This document shows positions 1 through 9,894 of a stretch of DNA of 36,390 nt, piece after piece. The notes beneath the pieces were generated by a model. That model made no database searches. It saw only the letters and a list, made by a program, of their open reading frames with translations, and had not been told where the DNA came from. Positions within the stretch are counted from its first letter, which is position 1. Each line of letters starts with the position of its first letter. The position numbers were made by a program, and so were the translations under genes. Origin of the DNA: Pirellulaceae bacterium (lineage in GTDB: Bacteria > Planctomycetota > Planctomycetia > Pirellulales > Pirellulaceae); the NCBI GenBank assembly GCA_046085865.1, contig JBJSWM010000138.1, positions 1-36,390 on the forward strand, in the 5' to 3' direction.

Positions 1-350
1 CCGGTTCTTGCCAGCGCGATTCCTGGTACCAACAACCCACAAAAGAACCCGGCCGCTAGCGCGGTCCGGGCTAAAACCAACACGCAACAGCGTGTCGATG
101 AAAAAATCACTTCCGATCGTCGTGTGGCAAACCGCTTCGCCATTGCTTCGGCCTTCATGACGCTGACCAAAGGCACCGGGGCAAAGATTTGATCATTCGA
201 CCGAAGCACTTGCGAAGCGGTTTGCCACACGACGATCGGCAGTGATTTTTTCATCTACACGCTGTTGCGTGTTGGTTTTAGCCGGACCGCGCTAGCGGCC
301 GGGTTCTTTTGTGGGTTGTTGGTACCAGGAATCGCGCTGGCAAGAACCGG
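1..350. repeat. Large near-perfect palindrome (foldback). Arm 1-151 pairs with arm 201-350 around a 49-nt spacer (152-200). It is probably cut by the left window edge.
   Basis: Read directly: 1-60 is the exact reverse complement of 291-350. 61-151 versus 201-290 differ by about 4 substitutions and one 1-nt indel. The spacer is not self-complementary. No ORF with coding character lies here. Confidence 0.9.
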
Positions 351-510
351 CGGCTAGCGCCTCGCCGCTAGGATTTTCTATCGCCATCGTTTTGGGTGCG
401 GCGCAGTCTTAGCCGGACCGCGCTGGCGGCCGGGTTCTTCGCGGAGTTGTTGGTGCTAGGTGGAAAGACCAGAAGAACCGGCGGCTAGCGCCTCGCCGCT
501 AAGGTTCTCC
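278..510. repeat. Two direct copies (278-378 and 409-510, 131-bp period) of a ~100-bp hairpin-forming unit. A third, inverted copy forms the outer part of the left palindrome arm (1-73).
   Basis: 278-308 versus 409-439 differ at 1 position. 343-371 versus 474-502 are identical. The unit centres have diverged. Within a unit, gcgctagcggccgggttctt and aagaaccggcggctagcgc are nearly complementary, giving a ~19-bp imperfect stem and a ~34-nt loop. Confidence 0.85.
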
Positions 511-579
511 GCAGTGAATCACTCACGCGCGACGCATGGGATGGAAAGATGAAGCTTGGCAGCTTCTCATAGCTTCCGA

Positions 580-1263
580 TCAAGCATCCGGACGCTTGCG
601 ATACTTGGCGATCACTCCCCGCAACTCCCCGACCGTAATCGTGCCGCGCCACGCCTCCCGGACAATCCCCTCGGGATCGATCACAAAGGTCGAAGGATAG
701 GCAAACCCACCGCTGCCCAGGCGATTGGCTAGCTGGACGCGAGTGAATGCCGTCGCATCGCAGTAGATGGGGAATCGATTGCCGATCTGGCTCTCCTGGA
801 AAAAATGCTCGGTCGCCGAACGCAGTTCCTTCAAATCCTTTTCGATACCGGGCGAGCAGGAAACGTTGAGAAACAAAATGTCCGAGTCCTCGAGGTACTC
901 TTCCATGCAGCGACTGACTTCGGGATACTCCATGCGGCATGGGGGACACCAGGTTCCCCAGAAATGCAGGATCACCAGTTTCCCTTGCAGCGATGCTGGA
1001 TCTAGCCTGCTTCCTTCGGAGACAGGCCCGTTTGCAATCAGAGCCTGGAGGTCATAATCCTGAAAATGGCTCCCCAGGATCGTCGCTCGATCCCGCCCCA
1101 GCCAGACCAGAAAAAGAACACCAAACAGCATTGGGATCGCAAAACCCAGCAGGGGGCCCAGCGACAGCAGTTTTCGCGATCCACTCGGTTCCCGCCAACC
1201 GTCGGGAGAAGGCTCTTGTGGCTGCTTCGCAATTCCTGTTGCAGTCGTTTCGCCGGTTTCCAC
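580..1263 (-). CDS. TlpA/ResA-like thiol-disulfide oxidoreductase (thioredoxin fold, membrane-anchored)
   Basis: 227-aa ORF with a WCPPC active site in HFWGTWCPPCRMEYPE. It has an N-terminal hydrophobic anchor (LLSLGPLLGFAIPMLFGVLFLVWL) and a GTG start at 1263. Confidence 0.85.
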   Translation of the reverse strand: METGETTATGIAKQPQEPSPDGWREPSGSRKLLSLGPLLGFAIPMLFGVLFLVWLGRDRATILGSHFQDYDLQALIANGPVSEGSRLDPASLQGKLVILHFWGTWCPPCRMEYPEVSRCMEEYLEDSDILFLNVSCSPGIEKDLKELRSATEHFFQESQIGNRFPIYCDATAFTRVQLANRLGSGGFAYPSTFVIDPEGIVREAWRGTITVGELRGVIAKYRKRPDA

Positions 1264-1308
1264 GATTGTCTCTACCTGTTACTGCCTGCCAAGAAAGATG
1301 CGACCATC

Positions 1309-1908
1309 ATGAGCCACTCACCCGATTCATCCTATCCGCATTCGAGCTGTTGGGAAGTCGAGCAGAAGTATGCGGTCGATGGGACGGAGCGGTGGATGGA
1401 GCGACTGAGGGGACTGGATGCGACGGAGCTAGCGGTGCAAAGGCAGGTCGATACCTACTGGCGCCATCCGTGCCGCGACTTCCGGGCGACGGACGAGGCG
1501 TTTCGCATTCGCCAGATCGACCAAGCTGCCGTCGTCACCTACAAAGGGGCTCGGTTGCCAGGAGGGATGAAGACCCGGCCTGAGGTGGAACTGCCGCTGG
1601 CGCCGGGCACGGTCGAGGGATGGCAGACGATTCTGCAGTCCCTTGGCTTTGAGGTTGCCAGACAAGTCAGCAAAACACGAAGAACATGGCAGGTGATGCA
1701 CCACAGGCAGACCTTCACGCTGGCGCGGGACCAGGTCGACCAGTTGGGTTGCTTTGTGGAGATCGAACTGCTGGTCCACTCCCTGGATGATCGCCCGCTG
1801 GCCGAACAGCAGATCGCTTCCCTGGCCACTTGGCTGGGTCTAGATCAACCGGTCACACGCAGCTACCTGGGGATGCTGCTGGATCGCGATGCCCAAGCGG
1901 GTCGTTAA
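1309..1908 (+). CDS. CYTH-domain protein / class IV (CyaB-like) adenylate cyclase
   Basis: I moved the start to the in-frame ATG at 1309, because the upstream part of the 1066 ORF lies largely antisense to the divergent redoxin gene. The protein has the EVEQKY (ExExK) CYTH signature. FRIRQ, TYKG and GCFVEIE blocks are typical of CyaB/CYTH proteins. Confidence 0.75.
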   Translation: MSHSPDSSYPHSSCWEVEQKYAVDGTERWMERLRGLDATELAVQRQVDTYWRHPCRDFRATDEAFRIRQIDQAAVVTYKGARLPGGMKTRPEVELPLAPGTVEGWQTILQSLGFEVARQVSKTRRTWQVMHHRQTFTLARDQVDQLGCFVEIELLVHSLDDRPLAEQQIASLATWLGLDQPVTRSYLGMLLDRDAQAGR

Positions 1909-1935
1909 CCCAACAGGCCCAGTGCGACCGCCCGC

Positions 1936-2535
1936 TCAGCCCTCCGGCGATTGCAGAAGATCGTTTGGGTTTTTGTCGGCAGGCCGATGCTGGAGATAGG
2001 CGACGACCACGCCAGCCACCGCCCCCAGAAGATGCCCTTCCCAGGAGACGTGCGACCGAAGGGAGGGGATCATTCCAAAGAGCAGGGTGCCACCGTAGAG
2101 AAACAGCACCAGCAGGCTGACGGCCATCAGCAGAAGCTTGCGTTCCAGAAACCCCGAGACAATCAGGTAGGAGATCAGCCCGTAGACCAGAAGACTGGCG
2201 CCGATATGAGTCGAGGGGCGTCCAAAAAGCCATAGGAGAACTCCCCCCAGCAATGCGATGGCGACCGCCGTCACTTCGCCATGAGAACGAGACCCGGCCA
2301 AGAGCACCAGCAACACCGCCAGCGGGATCGTGTTGCTGATCAGATGCAAGATTCCTTCGTGCAGGAATGGGGAAAGCAGAATCCCGGGTAGTCCACCGAT
2401 CGTCCTTGGGGTAATGCCCCAGTTGTTGAAGCTGCCTGGCAGCAGCAAGTCGGCTAGCCAGACACCCCAAAGGCAGGCGATGAACCCGAGGATGACAGAG
2501 ATTTCTTTTTTCAGGGGAGTGTTCGACATGGTCAC
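1936..2535 (-). CDS. Rhomboid-family intramembrane serine protease
   Basis: 199-aa polytopic membrane protein. It has HEGILHLISN (H-x4-H-x3-N), GASLLVYG (GxSx catalytic Ser region) and GHLLGAVAG (catalytic His region). The start is GTG 2535 or ATG 2529. Confidence 0.8.
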   Translation of the reverse strand: MTMSNTPLKKEISVILGFIACLWGVWLADLLLPGSFNNWGITPRTIGGLPGILLSPFLHEGILHLISNTIPLAVLLVLLAGSRSHGEVTAVAIALLGGVLLWLFGRPSTHIGASLLVYGLISYLIVSGFLERKLLLMAVSLLVLFLYGGTLLFGMIPSLRSHVSWEGHLLGAVAGVVVAYLQHRPADKNPNDLLQSPEG

Positions 2536-2986
2536 CTGCGTCGGTGGTAGATCTCAGAGCGGTTCCATCGATCCATGGGGGATCACCGCGACCGATCGGG
2601 CCATCCCGAGCGTTGGCTCGTGATGACGTTCTGAGTGTATCAACGCCAGCACCCTGTGGGGACCAATCTTGCGAGAAATCGTCTCCCGCAGGGCTCTTCC
2701 CAACCCAGCCAACCGCCCGATTGGGGCCAATCCCCTTCGCTTTCTGGTTCGATCGATTCCTTGGCATCGGACCATTTTTCGCGGGGGTGCGACGGCTGCG
2801 GCCATCGATGCGTTGGTTAGAATTGCGTGAGGGATCTTTCAACGTGCTTCGTGATCCGGAGACGAATCGAGAGACGCGAACGGAGAGGGGATCCCCCGAT
2901 CCAAAAATGTCCACGACTTCATCATCGATGGGGATGGTGACCTAACGTTCCATGACGGTACGACGAACGAATCTGGCAGAGAAGCG

Positions 2987-5068
2987 ATGAAGCAGAATTT
3001 GCGCAGTGTCTGCGCGCTCGATTGCCCAGACACCTGCTCGCTGAAGATCACCGTCGAACAGGGGAGGGTGGTTGATCTCCAGGGGGATCCCGAGCATCCC
3101 ATGACGCGAGGCTTCGCCTGCGTCAAGACGGCTCGCTATCCGGAGCGTCAGGAGCATCCCGACCGCTTGCTGGTTCCGATGCGGAGATCGGGGCGCAAGG
3201 GAGAGGGGCGTTTCGTTCCCTCCACCTGGGAGGAAGCGCTCGATGCGATCGCCGATCGGACTGGGCAGATCCTCGATCGCCATGGTGGCCAGTCGATTCT
3301 TCCCTATCATTACGCTGGCACGATGGGGTTGCTGGAGGGATCCTATCCTCTTGTCTTTTTTCGCGGGATCGGTGCCCTGGAGCTTGATCAGACGATCTGT
3401 GCATCGACGGGTGGGGCCGCCTGGGAAGCCAATTATGGCCCGGCCAAGGTCGGTCCTCCGCCGGAGGATCTGGTGGAGGCTAGGTGCATCATCTTGTGGG
3501 GGATTCATCTGCTTCGCAGCAACTCCCATCTGGCGCCGATCCTCAAAGAAGCGCGCCGACGCGGGGCTCGAATCCTCCACATCGACCCCTATCGGAACGA
3601 AACCAGTCGCTTTGCCGATGAGCATTGGTCGGTGCGGGTAGGAACCGATGCCGCCCTGGCGCTCGGGTGGGCTAATGCCCTGATCGAACAAGGTCTGGTC
3701 GACCAAGCCTACATCGATCGCTTCGCAGAAGGCTGGGAGGAATTCCGCGAAGCCTGCCGCGCCTGGCCGCTGGAACGAACCGCTGGCTACTGCAATGTCC
3801 CGATCGATTCGCTTCAGCGCTGGATCGAACTCTATGGGAATTCCGACTGCAGCTTCATCAAAGTCGGCTATGGCATGACTCGCAACGAAGGAGGGGGCAA
3901 CGCGCTGCGAGCGATCACCCTGCTGCCGGCGATCACCGGCGCCTGGAAGAAGCGGGGAGGTGGTGCCGTGCTATCGACCAGTGGCGCCTTCATGCTCCAT
4001 CGCCACGAAGCGACTGGCCTCCATTTGCGTCGCCCTCAAGTGCGGCACGTCAACATGAATTGCTTGGCCAGTGAATTGCTGGCCGATCCGGTGACCATCC
4101 ATGGCCTGTTCGTCTTCAACAGCAACCCCGCCGCTGTCGCGCCCGATTCCTCCCGTGTCCGCCAGGGACTGGCACGCGAGGATCTCTTCACGGTGGTGCT
4201 TGAGCATTTTCAAACCGATTCGGCCGACTACGCCGACTGGCTGCTGCCAGCGACGACATTCCTCGAGCATCCCGACCTCTACACGTCGTATGGGCACTAC
4301 CATCTACAATGGGCTGATCCGGTCGTCCCAGCTCGTGGCCAAGCCCGCCCCAACAGTTGGTTCTTTCAGCAGTTGGCGCAGCGTCTTGGGCTGACCGATC
4401 CCGTCCATTCCTGGACTCCCCGACAGATCGCCGAAAGTTTTCTCGCCAGCGATCACCCGTTTCTCGAGGGGATCACTTTGGAGCGGCTGGAGCGGGAGGG
4501 AAGCGTCAGGCTAAATCTGCCCGATCCGTATCTGCCCTACGCCGAGGGAAGCCACTACCCCGACCGAAAGATCCGCTTCGCTCCGCCACCGAAGCAGTTG
4601 GATTTCGAGGTTCAGCCGGATGCCACCTACCCGCTGCGTTTGATTTCGCCTCCGGGGGACTTCCTGGTCAATACGACGATGGGCAACGTCGAAAGCATTC
4701 TTCGGATGGCTGGCGGCCAACCGCGCGTCCTGCTCCATCCCGACGACGCCCGGCCGCTGGGGGTGGAGCATCTGCAGATGGTCGAGATTCGATCGCCGCA
4801 TGGAAGCATTCTTCGGCAGGCGCTGGTGCAGCCAGAAGGTCAGCCTGGAACCTTGATCGCGCTGGGGCAGTGGTGGCCGAAACTGGCACCGGATCGAAAG
4901 AGCCTCAATGAACTGACCAGTGAGCGGCTGACGGACCTGGGGGGAGGCAGCACCTTCGGAAATCCCGTCGTTTCGGTCCGGCCCGCGACAGACGCTATGA
5001 TGAAGCGTTTGCAGATGGTGGCCGGGAGCCGTTTGGGTGCCCAGCAGTCTTCGGGTACTGGCGACTGA
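2987..5068 (+). CDS. Molybdopterin (bis-MGD) oxidoreductase family protein, substrate unknown, apparently cytoplasmic
   Basis: 693 aa with an N-terminal Fe-S Cys cluster, CALDCPDTCSLK...GFAC (C-x3-C-x3-C...C). Length and layout fit the Mo/W bis-MGD dehydrogenase family. There is no twin-arginine signal. Confidence 0.85.
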   Translation: MKQNLRSVCALDCPDTCSLKITVEQGRVVDLQGDPEHPMTRGFACVKTARYPERQEHPDRLLVPMRRSGRKGEGRFVPSTWEEALDAIADRTGQILDRHGGQSILPYHYAGTMGLLEGSYPLVFFRGIGALELDQTICASTGGAAWEANYGPAKVGPPPEDLVEARCIILWGIHLLRSNSHLAPILKEARRRGARILHIDPYRNETSRFADEHWSVRVGTDAALALGWANALIEQGLVDQAYIDRFAEGWEEFREACRAWPLERTAGYCNVPIDSLQRWIELYGNSDCSFIKVGYGMTRNEGGGNALRAITLLPAITGAWKKRGGGAVLSTSGAFMLHRHEATGLHLRRPQVRHVNMNCLASELLADPVTIHGLFVFNSNPAAVAPDSSRVRQGLAREDLFTVVLEHFQTDSADYADWLLPATTFLEHPDLYTSYGHYHLQWADPVVPARGQARPNSWFFQQLAQRLGLTDPVHSWTPRQIAESFLASDHPFLEGITLERLEREGSVRLNLPDPYLPYAEGSHYPDRKIRFAPPPKQLDFEVQPDATYPLRLISPPGDFLVNTTMGNVESILRMAGGQPRVLLHPDDARPLGVEHLQMVEIRSPHGSILRQALVQPEGQPGTLIALGQWWPKLAPDRKSLNELTSERLTDLGGGSTFGNPVVSVRPATDAMMKRLQMVAGSRLGAQQSSGTGD

Positions 5069-5130
5069 TCTGGGCTGCGCTCTCCTAGAAGCCGATCGTT
5101 TCTTTTGTCTTTCATGAAGGAAGCCAATCG

Positions 5131-7344
5131 ATGGTTCGAAGATACCTTCATCCCCTTCAGGCCAGCGCGATGCCGGCCATCGCATCGGCGGTGATCGGCT
5201 GGATCCTCGCCGAAGGCTTGCCGGCTCAACAGCCCTCCCTACCCGAATCCCTCCCAACCCGTTCCACCCCTCGATGGATCACCACGGTGCGCGATAACCC
5301 ATTCCTTAAGCCCAGTGCTCTTCCTTTGGAAACCCCCGATTTCGCCAATGTTCTCCCCGAAGATTATCTGCCGGCCTTCGAGGCGGGGATGGCAGAGCAG
5401 TTGGAGCAGATGGAGGCGATCGCGAATGATCCGGCGGAGCCGACGATGGACAACACGCTGGTGGCGATGGAGAAATCGGGGGCGATCCTCAAGCGCGTCG
5501 CCGCCGTCTTTTTCAATCTCACCTCTTCGAACACCGATCCCAAACTGCAGGAGATCGAGCAACAGATCGCGCCACGTCTGGCAGCTCATTCCGACAACAT
5601 TTTGCTCGATCGCAAACTTTTTGATCGGGTCCGCAGGCTGTGGGAAGCCCGCGAGGAGCTCGATCTAGCCGAAGAACCCGCCCGGCTGCTGAAGGAGCAG
5701 TACGAAGCGTTTGTGCGCGCTGGAGCACCGCTGGATGAAGCGGCCCAGAAGAAGATCCGCGCGATCAACGAGGAGCTCTCGTCGCTGGCCACGGAGTTTC
5801 AGAACAAACTGCTGGCACTGACCAAAGAACGTTCGGTGGTTGTCGACAGCCTGGACCAACTGCAGGGGCTTGGGGAAGGGGAGATCGCTGCCGCCAAAGC
5901 CGCTGCCCAAGAACGGGGGCTCAGCGACAAGTACCTGCTGGCGATCACCAACACCACCCGGCAACCGGTCTTGATCTCTCTGAAGAATCGAGCATTGCGG
6001 CAGCGCGTTTGGGAAGCCTCTGCCCGACGCGGGATGGGGGAACAGGGAGGGATCGATACTCAGCCACTGGTGCTCAAGATGGCCGCTCTTCGGGCACAGC
6101 GAGCCCAACTGCTTGGCTATCCCAGCCATGCCGCCTACGCGCTGGAAAATCAGATGGCCAAGAAGCCGGACGCTGCCTTTCAGATGCTCCGCGATCTAGT
6201 GCCTCAGGTGGTTGCCAAAGCAAAGCAGGAGGCTTCTGAGATCGAAGCGGTGATGCGAGAGGAAGGGGCCGACCATCCCCTGATGCCCTGGGACTGGGAG
6301 CACTACGCAGAAAAAGTCCGACAGAAGAAGTACCAGGTCGACGACAACCAGCTGAAAGCCTACTTCGAACTCAATCGCGTGCTCATCGATGGCGTCTTCT
6401 CCACCATGCAGCGACTGTATGGCGTCACCTTCCGTGAGCGCACCGATCTGCCAGTCTATCACCCGACGGTGCGCGTCTTCGATGTGCTCGATGCCGACAG
6501 CCATCCGATCGGACTGTTCTATGCCGACTACCTGCAGCGTGATTCCAAGCGAGGCGGCGCCTGGATGGATTCGTTTGTTCCCCAGTCCCGACTGCTCGAC
6601 CAAAAACCAGTCGTCGTCAACGTGATGAATATCCCACGACCAGCCCCTGGTCAGCCGACCCTTCTAAGCCTGGATCATGTGACCACCATGTTTCATGAAC
6701 TGGGTCATGGCGTTCATGGACTGTTCTCTCAAGTCGAGTACCCCACCTTGTCTGGGACCAGCGTGCCGAGAGACTATGTCGAATTTCCTTCGACCTTCCA
6801 CGAGGACTGGGCCATCGACCCCACGGTGCTGCAGCGCTATGCGAAGCACTATCAGACCGGGGAGCCGATTCCTGGGGAACTGCTGGACAAGGCGATCCAG
6901 GCCAATCAGTTCAACAAGGGGTTTGATACGCTAGAGTATCTGTCGGCAGCGCTTCTGGATCTCGCCTGGCACTCGCTGGCTCCCGACCAGATTCCCACCG
7001 ATGTCGAAGCGTTTGAAAAGAAGGTGCTGGCGGAGTACGGAGTCGACTTCGCACCGGTGCCACCGCGCTACCGAAGTCCCTACTTCGCGCATGTCTGGTC
7101 CGGTGGTTATTCGGCCGGCTACTACGCCTATCTCTGGAGTGAAGTGCTGGCCGCGGATGCCTTCGCCTACATGGGGCAGCGCGGCGGGCTGACTCGCGAA
7201 AATGGCGACGCATTCCGACGGCTGATCCTGTCGCGCGGTGGGTCGCGAGAGGTGATGGATCAGTACATCGACTTCCGCAACCAAAAGCCAACCGTCGATG
7301 CCCTGCTGATCCGACGCGGCTTGAAGGAAAAGCCCAGCCGCTAA
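5131..7344 (+). CDS. dcp: M3-family zinc metallopeptidase, peptidyl-dipeptidase Dcp-like, with an N-terminal signal-like segment
   Basis: 737 aa with an HELGHGVH (HExxH) zinc site in an M3A-type context (FHELGHGVHGLFS). GAAGGAAG lies 7 nt upstream of the ATG. Confidence 0.85.
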   Translation: MVRRYLHPLQASAMPAIASAVIGWILAEGLPAQQPSLPESLPTRSTPRWITTVRDNPFLKPSALPLETPDFANVLPEDYLPAFEAGMAEQLEQMEAIANDPAEPTMDNTLVAMEKSGAILKRVAAVFFNLTSSNTDPKLQEIEQQIAPRLAAHSDNILLDRKLFDRVRRLWEAREELDLAEEPARLLKEQYEAFVRAGAPLDEAAQKKIRAINEELSSLATEFQNKLLALTKERSVVVDSLDQLQGLGEGEIAAAKAAAQERGLSDKYLLAITNTTRQPVLISLKNRALRQRVWEASARRGMGEQGGIDTQPLVLKMAALRAQRAQLLGYPSHAAYALENQMAKKPDAAFQMLRDLVPQVVAKAKQEASEIEAVMREEGADHPLMPWDWEHYAEKVRQKKYQVDDNQLKAYFELNRVLIDGVFSTMQRLYGVTFRERTDLPVYHPTVRVFDVLDADSHPIGLFYADYLQRDSKRGGAWMDSFVPQSRLLDQKPVVVNVMNIPRPAPGQPTLLSLDHVTTMFHELGHGVHGLFSQVEYPTLSGTSVPRDYVEFPSTFHEDWAIDPTVLQRYAKHYQTGEPIPGELLDKAIQANQFNKGFDTLEYLSAALLDLAWHSLAPDQIPTDVEAFEKKVLAEYGVDFAPVPPRYRSPYFAHVWSGGYSAGYYAYLWSEVLAADAFAYMGQRGGLTRENGDAFRRLILSRGGSREVMDQYIDFRNQKPTVDALLIRRGLKEKPSR

Positions 7345-7395
7345 GTGAGGGAATCTCTACGGCTTTGTTTCAATCCCTATAGGAAACCCGCCCCG

Positions 7396-9894
7396 ATGAT
7401 GTCCAGGACTGCGATGCAGCTTTGGTCGGGATCGATCCCTCTGGCGATCGTCCTTTTCAGCTTTCTCGACACCAGCGTCTGGTCCCAGCGGCCTCCCAAC
7501 GTGGTGCTGATCCTGGCCGACGACCTGGGAGTTGGGGAGCTTGGGTGTTACGGGCAGGAGATCATCCGCACTCCGAGGATCGATCAGCTAGCGCGCGAAG
7601 GATTGCAGATGATGCAGTTCTATGCGGGGCACAATGTCTGCGCCCCCAGCCGCTGCGCACTGATGACCGGATACTCGTCAGGCCATGGTGCGATCCGTGA
7701 CAATCGCAACCCCATCCCCGAGAAAGTCGCAGATCTCCGGGACCAGTTCGGTTGGGAATTTCCGGGGCAGATCCCGATCCCCGATGCCACCTTCACCCTG
7801 GCGGAATTCCTGAAGGAGCGGGGGTATGCCACCGCAGCCTTCGGCAAATGGGGGCTGGGGCATGTTGGAACCAGCGGCGATCCGAGGAATCAGGGATTCG
7901 ATCTTTTTTATGGCTACTACTGCCAGGTCCATGCGCACAACCATTTCCCGAAGTTCCTCTGGCGCAATCGCGACAAGGAGCCACTGGAAGGAAATCGAGC
8001 GGAAGCAACTGGGAAGGTCTACTCACAAGATCGCTTCATCCAGGAGGCGATGGAGTTCATCAAGCAGCATCGGGAGGAGCCTTTCTTCGTCTATCTGCCG
8101 CTGACCGTGCCCCATCTATCGATCCAGGTTCCGGAGGAGGAACTGGAGGAGTATGCGGATCTGCAGGAGGCACCGTACGAACACAAGGGGTATCTCCAAC
8201 ACCCCAGGCCCAGGGCAGGGTATGCCGGCATGGTCAGCCGGATGGATCGCGGCATCGGAATGATCGTCGACCTGCTGGAAGAAATGAAGCTCTCGGAAAA
8301 CACCTTGATCCTGTTCACCAGCGACAATGGACCGACCTACGATCGACTGGGAGGAGCCGATTCCGACTTCTTCAACTCGGCCGCCGGGCTTCGCGGGCGC
8401 AAAGGGAGCATGTACGAGGGAGGCATCCGCGCTCCCTGCATCGTGCGTTGGAAAGGGGTGATCCCCGAAGGCAGGCAGTCCGACTTCATCGGTGCATCGT
8501 GGGATCTCTTTCCGACGATCGCCGAAGCGATTGGCCAGCCGATCCAACTTCCCATCGATGGACAAAGCTTCTGGAAAGAGTGCCTTGGCAACCGCGCCGG
8601 CACGCCACAACGGACGCTGTACTGGGAGTCGACCGGATACGGCGGCCAGCAGGCACTGCGCCAGGGGCGATGGAAGGCGGTGCGTACCCAATTGCAGCCG
8701 TTGCATCGCAAAGGCGAAGTCGCACCGATCGAACTCTACGATCTTCAGGAGGATCCGAACGAGCAGCACGATGTGGCTAGCCAGCATCCCGAGGTGGTCG
8801 AACCGATGCGCCGGCTGTTGGCTGACTCCCGCTGCATCAGCGTTTCGTTTCCCTTCCCAGCACTCGATGCACCGCAAGATGCACCGCCGTCCCAGTTGAT
8901 GGTCGGCGCCGGCAAGGATCGCTCGGCCAACCGCCTGGATCAGTATCAGTCGATCGAGCCTTTTTCGATTGCCATCGATTCGCGCGGAGTGCAATATGTA
9001 GCCGAGATGACGCAGCATCGCGTCGTAGCGATCGACCCACTAGGAAGTGTCCGCGTGGTGGTCGGTACCGGGGAGAAAGGATTCTCGGGTGATGGCGGCC
9101 CCGGCGAAAACGCTACGCTTAATGGCCCCCACCATATCCTACTGGATGCCCAGGAGCGGCTGCTGATCGCCGACACGTTCAACGGAGCCGTTCGGCGCTG
9201 GGATCCGAAGACAGGGAGGATCGAAACGATTGCTGGAACCGGTAAGCTAGGGGATGGTGGCGATGAAGGAATAGCCAACCAGACGGCGATGGCAGGAGCC
9301 TATTCTCTGGCCCTGACGCCCGACAGGAAATCGCTCTGGGTGGTCGATCTGGAGAATCGCAAGGTGCGATCGATCGATCTGACCAGCGGCAATCTGAAGA
9401 CGGTGGCCGGGAACGGTCAGAAAGGGATACCGGTCGATGGACAGCCAGCGATCGAACAGCCGCTGGTTGATCCACGAGCCATCGCGATCGGCGCCGATGG
9501 GATTGCGTATCTGATCGAACGCGGTGGCCATGCCGTGCGGCGGATCGATCGCGAAGGGAGGATCACCACGGTGGCAGGAAGCGGAAAACAAGGATTTTCC
9601 GGAGACGGCAAAGATCCGCTGGCCGCAACCTTCAATGGTCCCAAACACGCCGAAGTCGACGCACAGAATCGACTGCTGGTAGTCGATACCGAAAACCATG
9701 CCGTGCGCCGTATCGATTGGAAAGAGAATCGGATCGAGACCGTAGCAGGAACAGGTCGCAAAGGTACCCAGGGGATCGGCGGCCCAGCCAACCAGTTGGA
9801 ACTGAACCGACCCCATGGAGTCTGGGTCGATCCCAGTGGATGGCTGTGGATCAGCGACAGTTCCAACAACCGCGTCGTGCGGGTGCGTCCATGA
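7396..9894 (+). CDS. Formylglycine-type sulfatase (aa ~48-495 of the ORF) fused to a C-terminal NHL-repeat beta-propeller (aa ~535-849)
   Basis: It has a signal peptide and the sulfatase signature VCAPSRCALMTG (C-x-P-x-R at nt 7639-7653), plus LILFTSDNGP. The C-terminal half has about 6 repeats of the type ...VRRID...G.I.TVAG.G..G..GDGG.A....LN.P. I prefer ATG 7396 (AGGAAA upstream) over GTG 7345. Confidence 0.85.
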   Translation: MMSRTAMQLWSGSIPLAIVLFSFLDTSVWSQRPPNVVLILADDLGVGELGCYGQEIIRTPRIDQLAREGLQMMQFYAGHNVCAPSRCALMTGYSSGHGAIRDNRNPIPEKVADLRDQFGWEFPGQIPIPDATFTLAEFLKERGYATAAFGKWGLGHVGTSGDPRNQGFDLFYGYYCQVHAHNHFPKFLWRNRDKEPLEGNRAEATGKVYSQDRFIQEAMEFIKQHREEPFFVYLPLTVPHLSIQVPEEELEEYADLQEAPYEHKGYLQHPRPRAGYAGMVSRMDRGIGMIVDLLEEMKLSENTLILFTSDNGPTYDRLGGADSDFFNSAAGLRGRKGSMYEGGIRAPCIVRWKGVIPEGRQSDFIGASWDLFPTIAEAIGQPIQLPIDGQSFWKECLGNRAGTPQRTLYWESTGYGGQQALRQGRWKAVRTQLQPLHRKGEVAPIELYDLQEDPNEQHDVASQHPEVVEPMRRLLADSRCISVSFPFPALDAPQDAPPSQLMVGAGKDRSANRLDQYQSIEPFSIAIDSRGVQYVAEMTQHRVVAIDPLGSVRVVVGTGEKGFSGDGGPGENATLNGPHHILLDAQERLLIADTFNGAVRRWDPKTGRIETIAGTGKLGDGGDEGIANQTAMAGAYSLALTPDRKSLWVVDLENRKVRSIDLTSGNLKTVAGNGQKGIPVDGQPAIEQPLVDPRAIAIGADGIAYLIERGGHAVRRIDREGRITTVAGSGKQGFSGDGKDPLAATFNGPKHAEVDAQNRLLVVDTENHAVRRIDWKENRIETVAGTGRKGTQGIGGPANQLELNRPHGVWVDPSGWLWISDSSNNRVVRVRP

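Noticed and set aside
2744-2760. tRNA T-arm-like string ggttcgatcgattcc in the 2536-2986 intergenic region
   Set aside because: The T-loop consensus GGTTCGAATCC is interrupted, and no acceptor, D or anticodon stems can be drawn around it. No tRNA is called anywhere in the window.
1853-2914. 353-aa minus-strand ORF overlapping the rhomboid gene in another frame
   Set aside because: It has Arg/Ser/Pro/Gly-biased composition and no motifs. The overlapping 1936-2535 frame has clear rhomboid signatures.
2536-2986. A 450-bp divergent intergenic region upstream of the molybdopterin oxidoreductase, considered as a possible Moco riboswitch or small gene
   Set aside because: I could not find the conserved Moco-motif blocks as I remember them. 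The ORFs inside (2544-2945 plus strand, 2554-2805 minus strand) have non-protein-like composition. A covariance-model scan (Rfam Moco_RNA_motif) would settle it.
7345-7395. ORF-track N-terminal extensions. They include GTG 7345 for the sulfatase. The same issue affects the ORF starts at 1066, 9717, 10370, 13334, 22787, 24046 and 31721.
   Set aside because: In each case an in-frame ATG lies further downstream, and a signal peptide or conserved N-terminus begins right after it. Some of these ATGs also have an SD-like sequence. The extension either overlaps the neighbouring gene or repeat DNA, or is Arg/Ser-rich.
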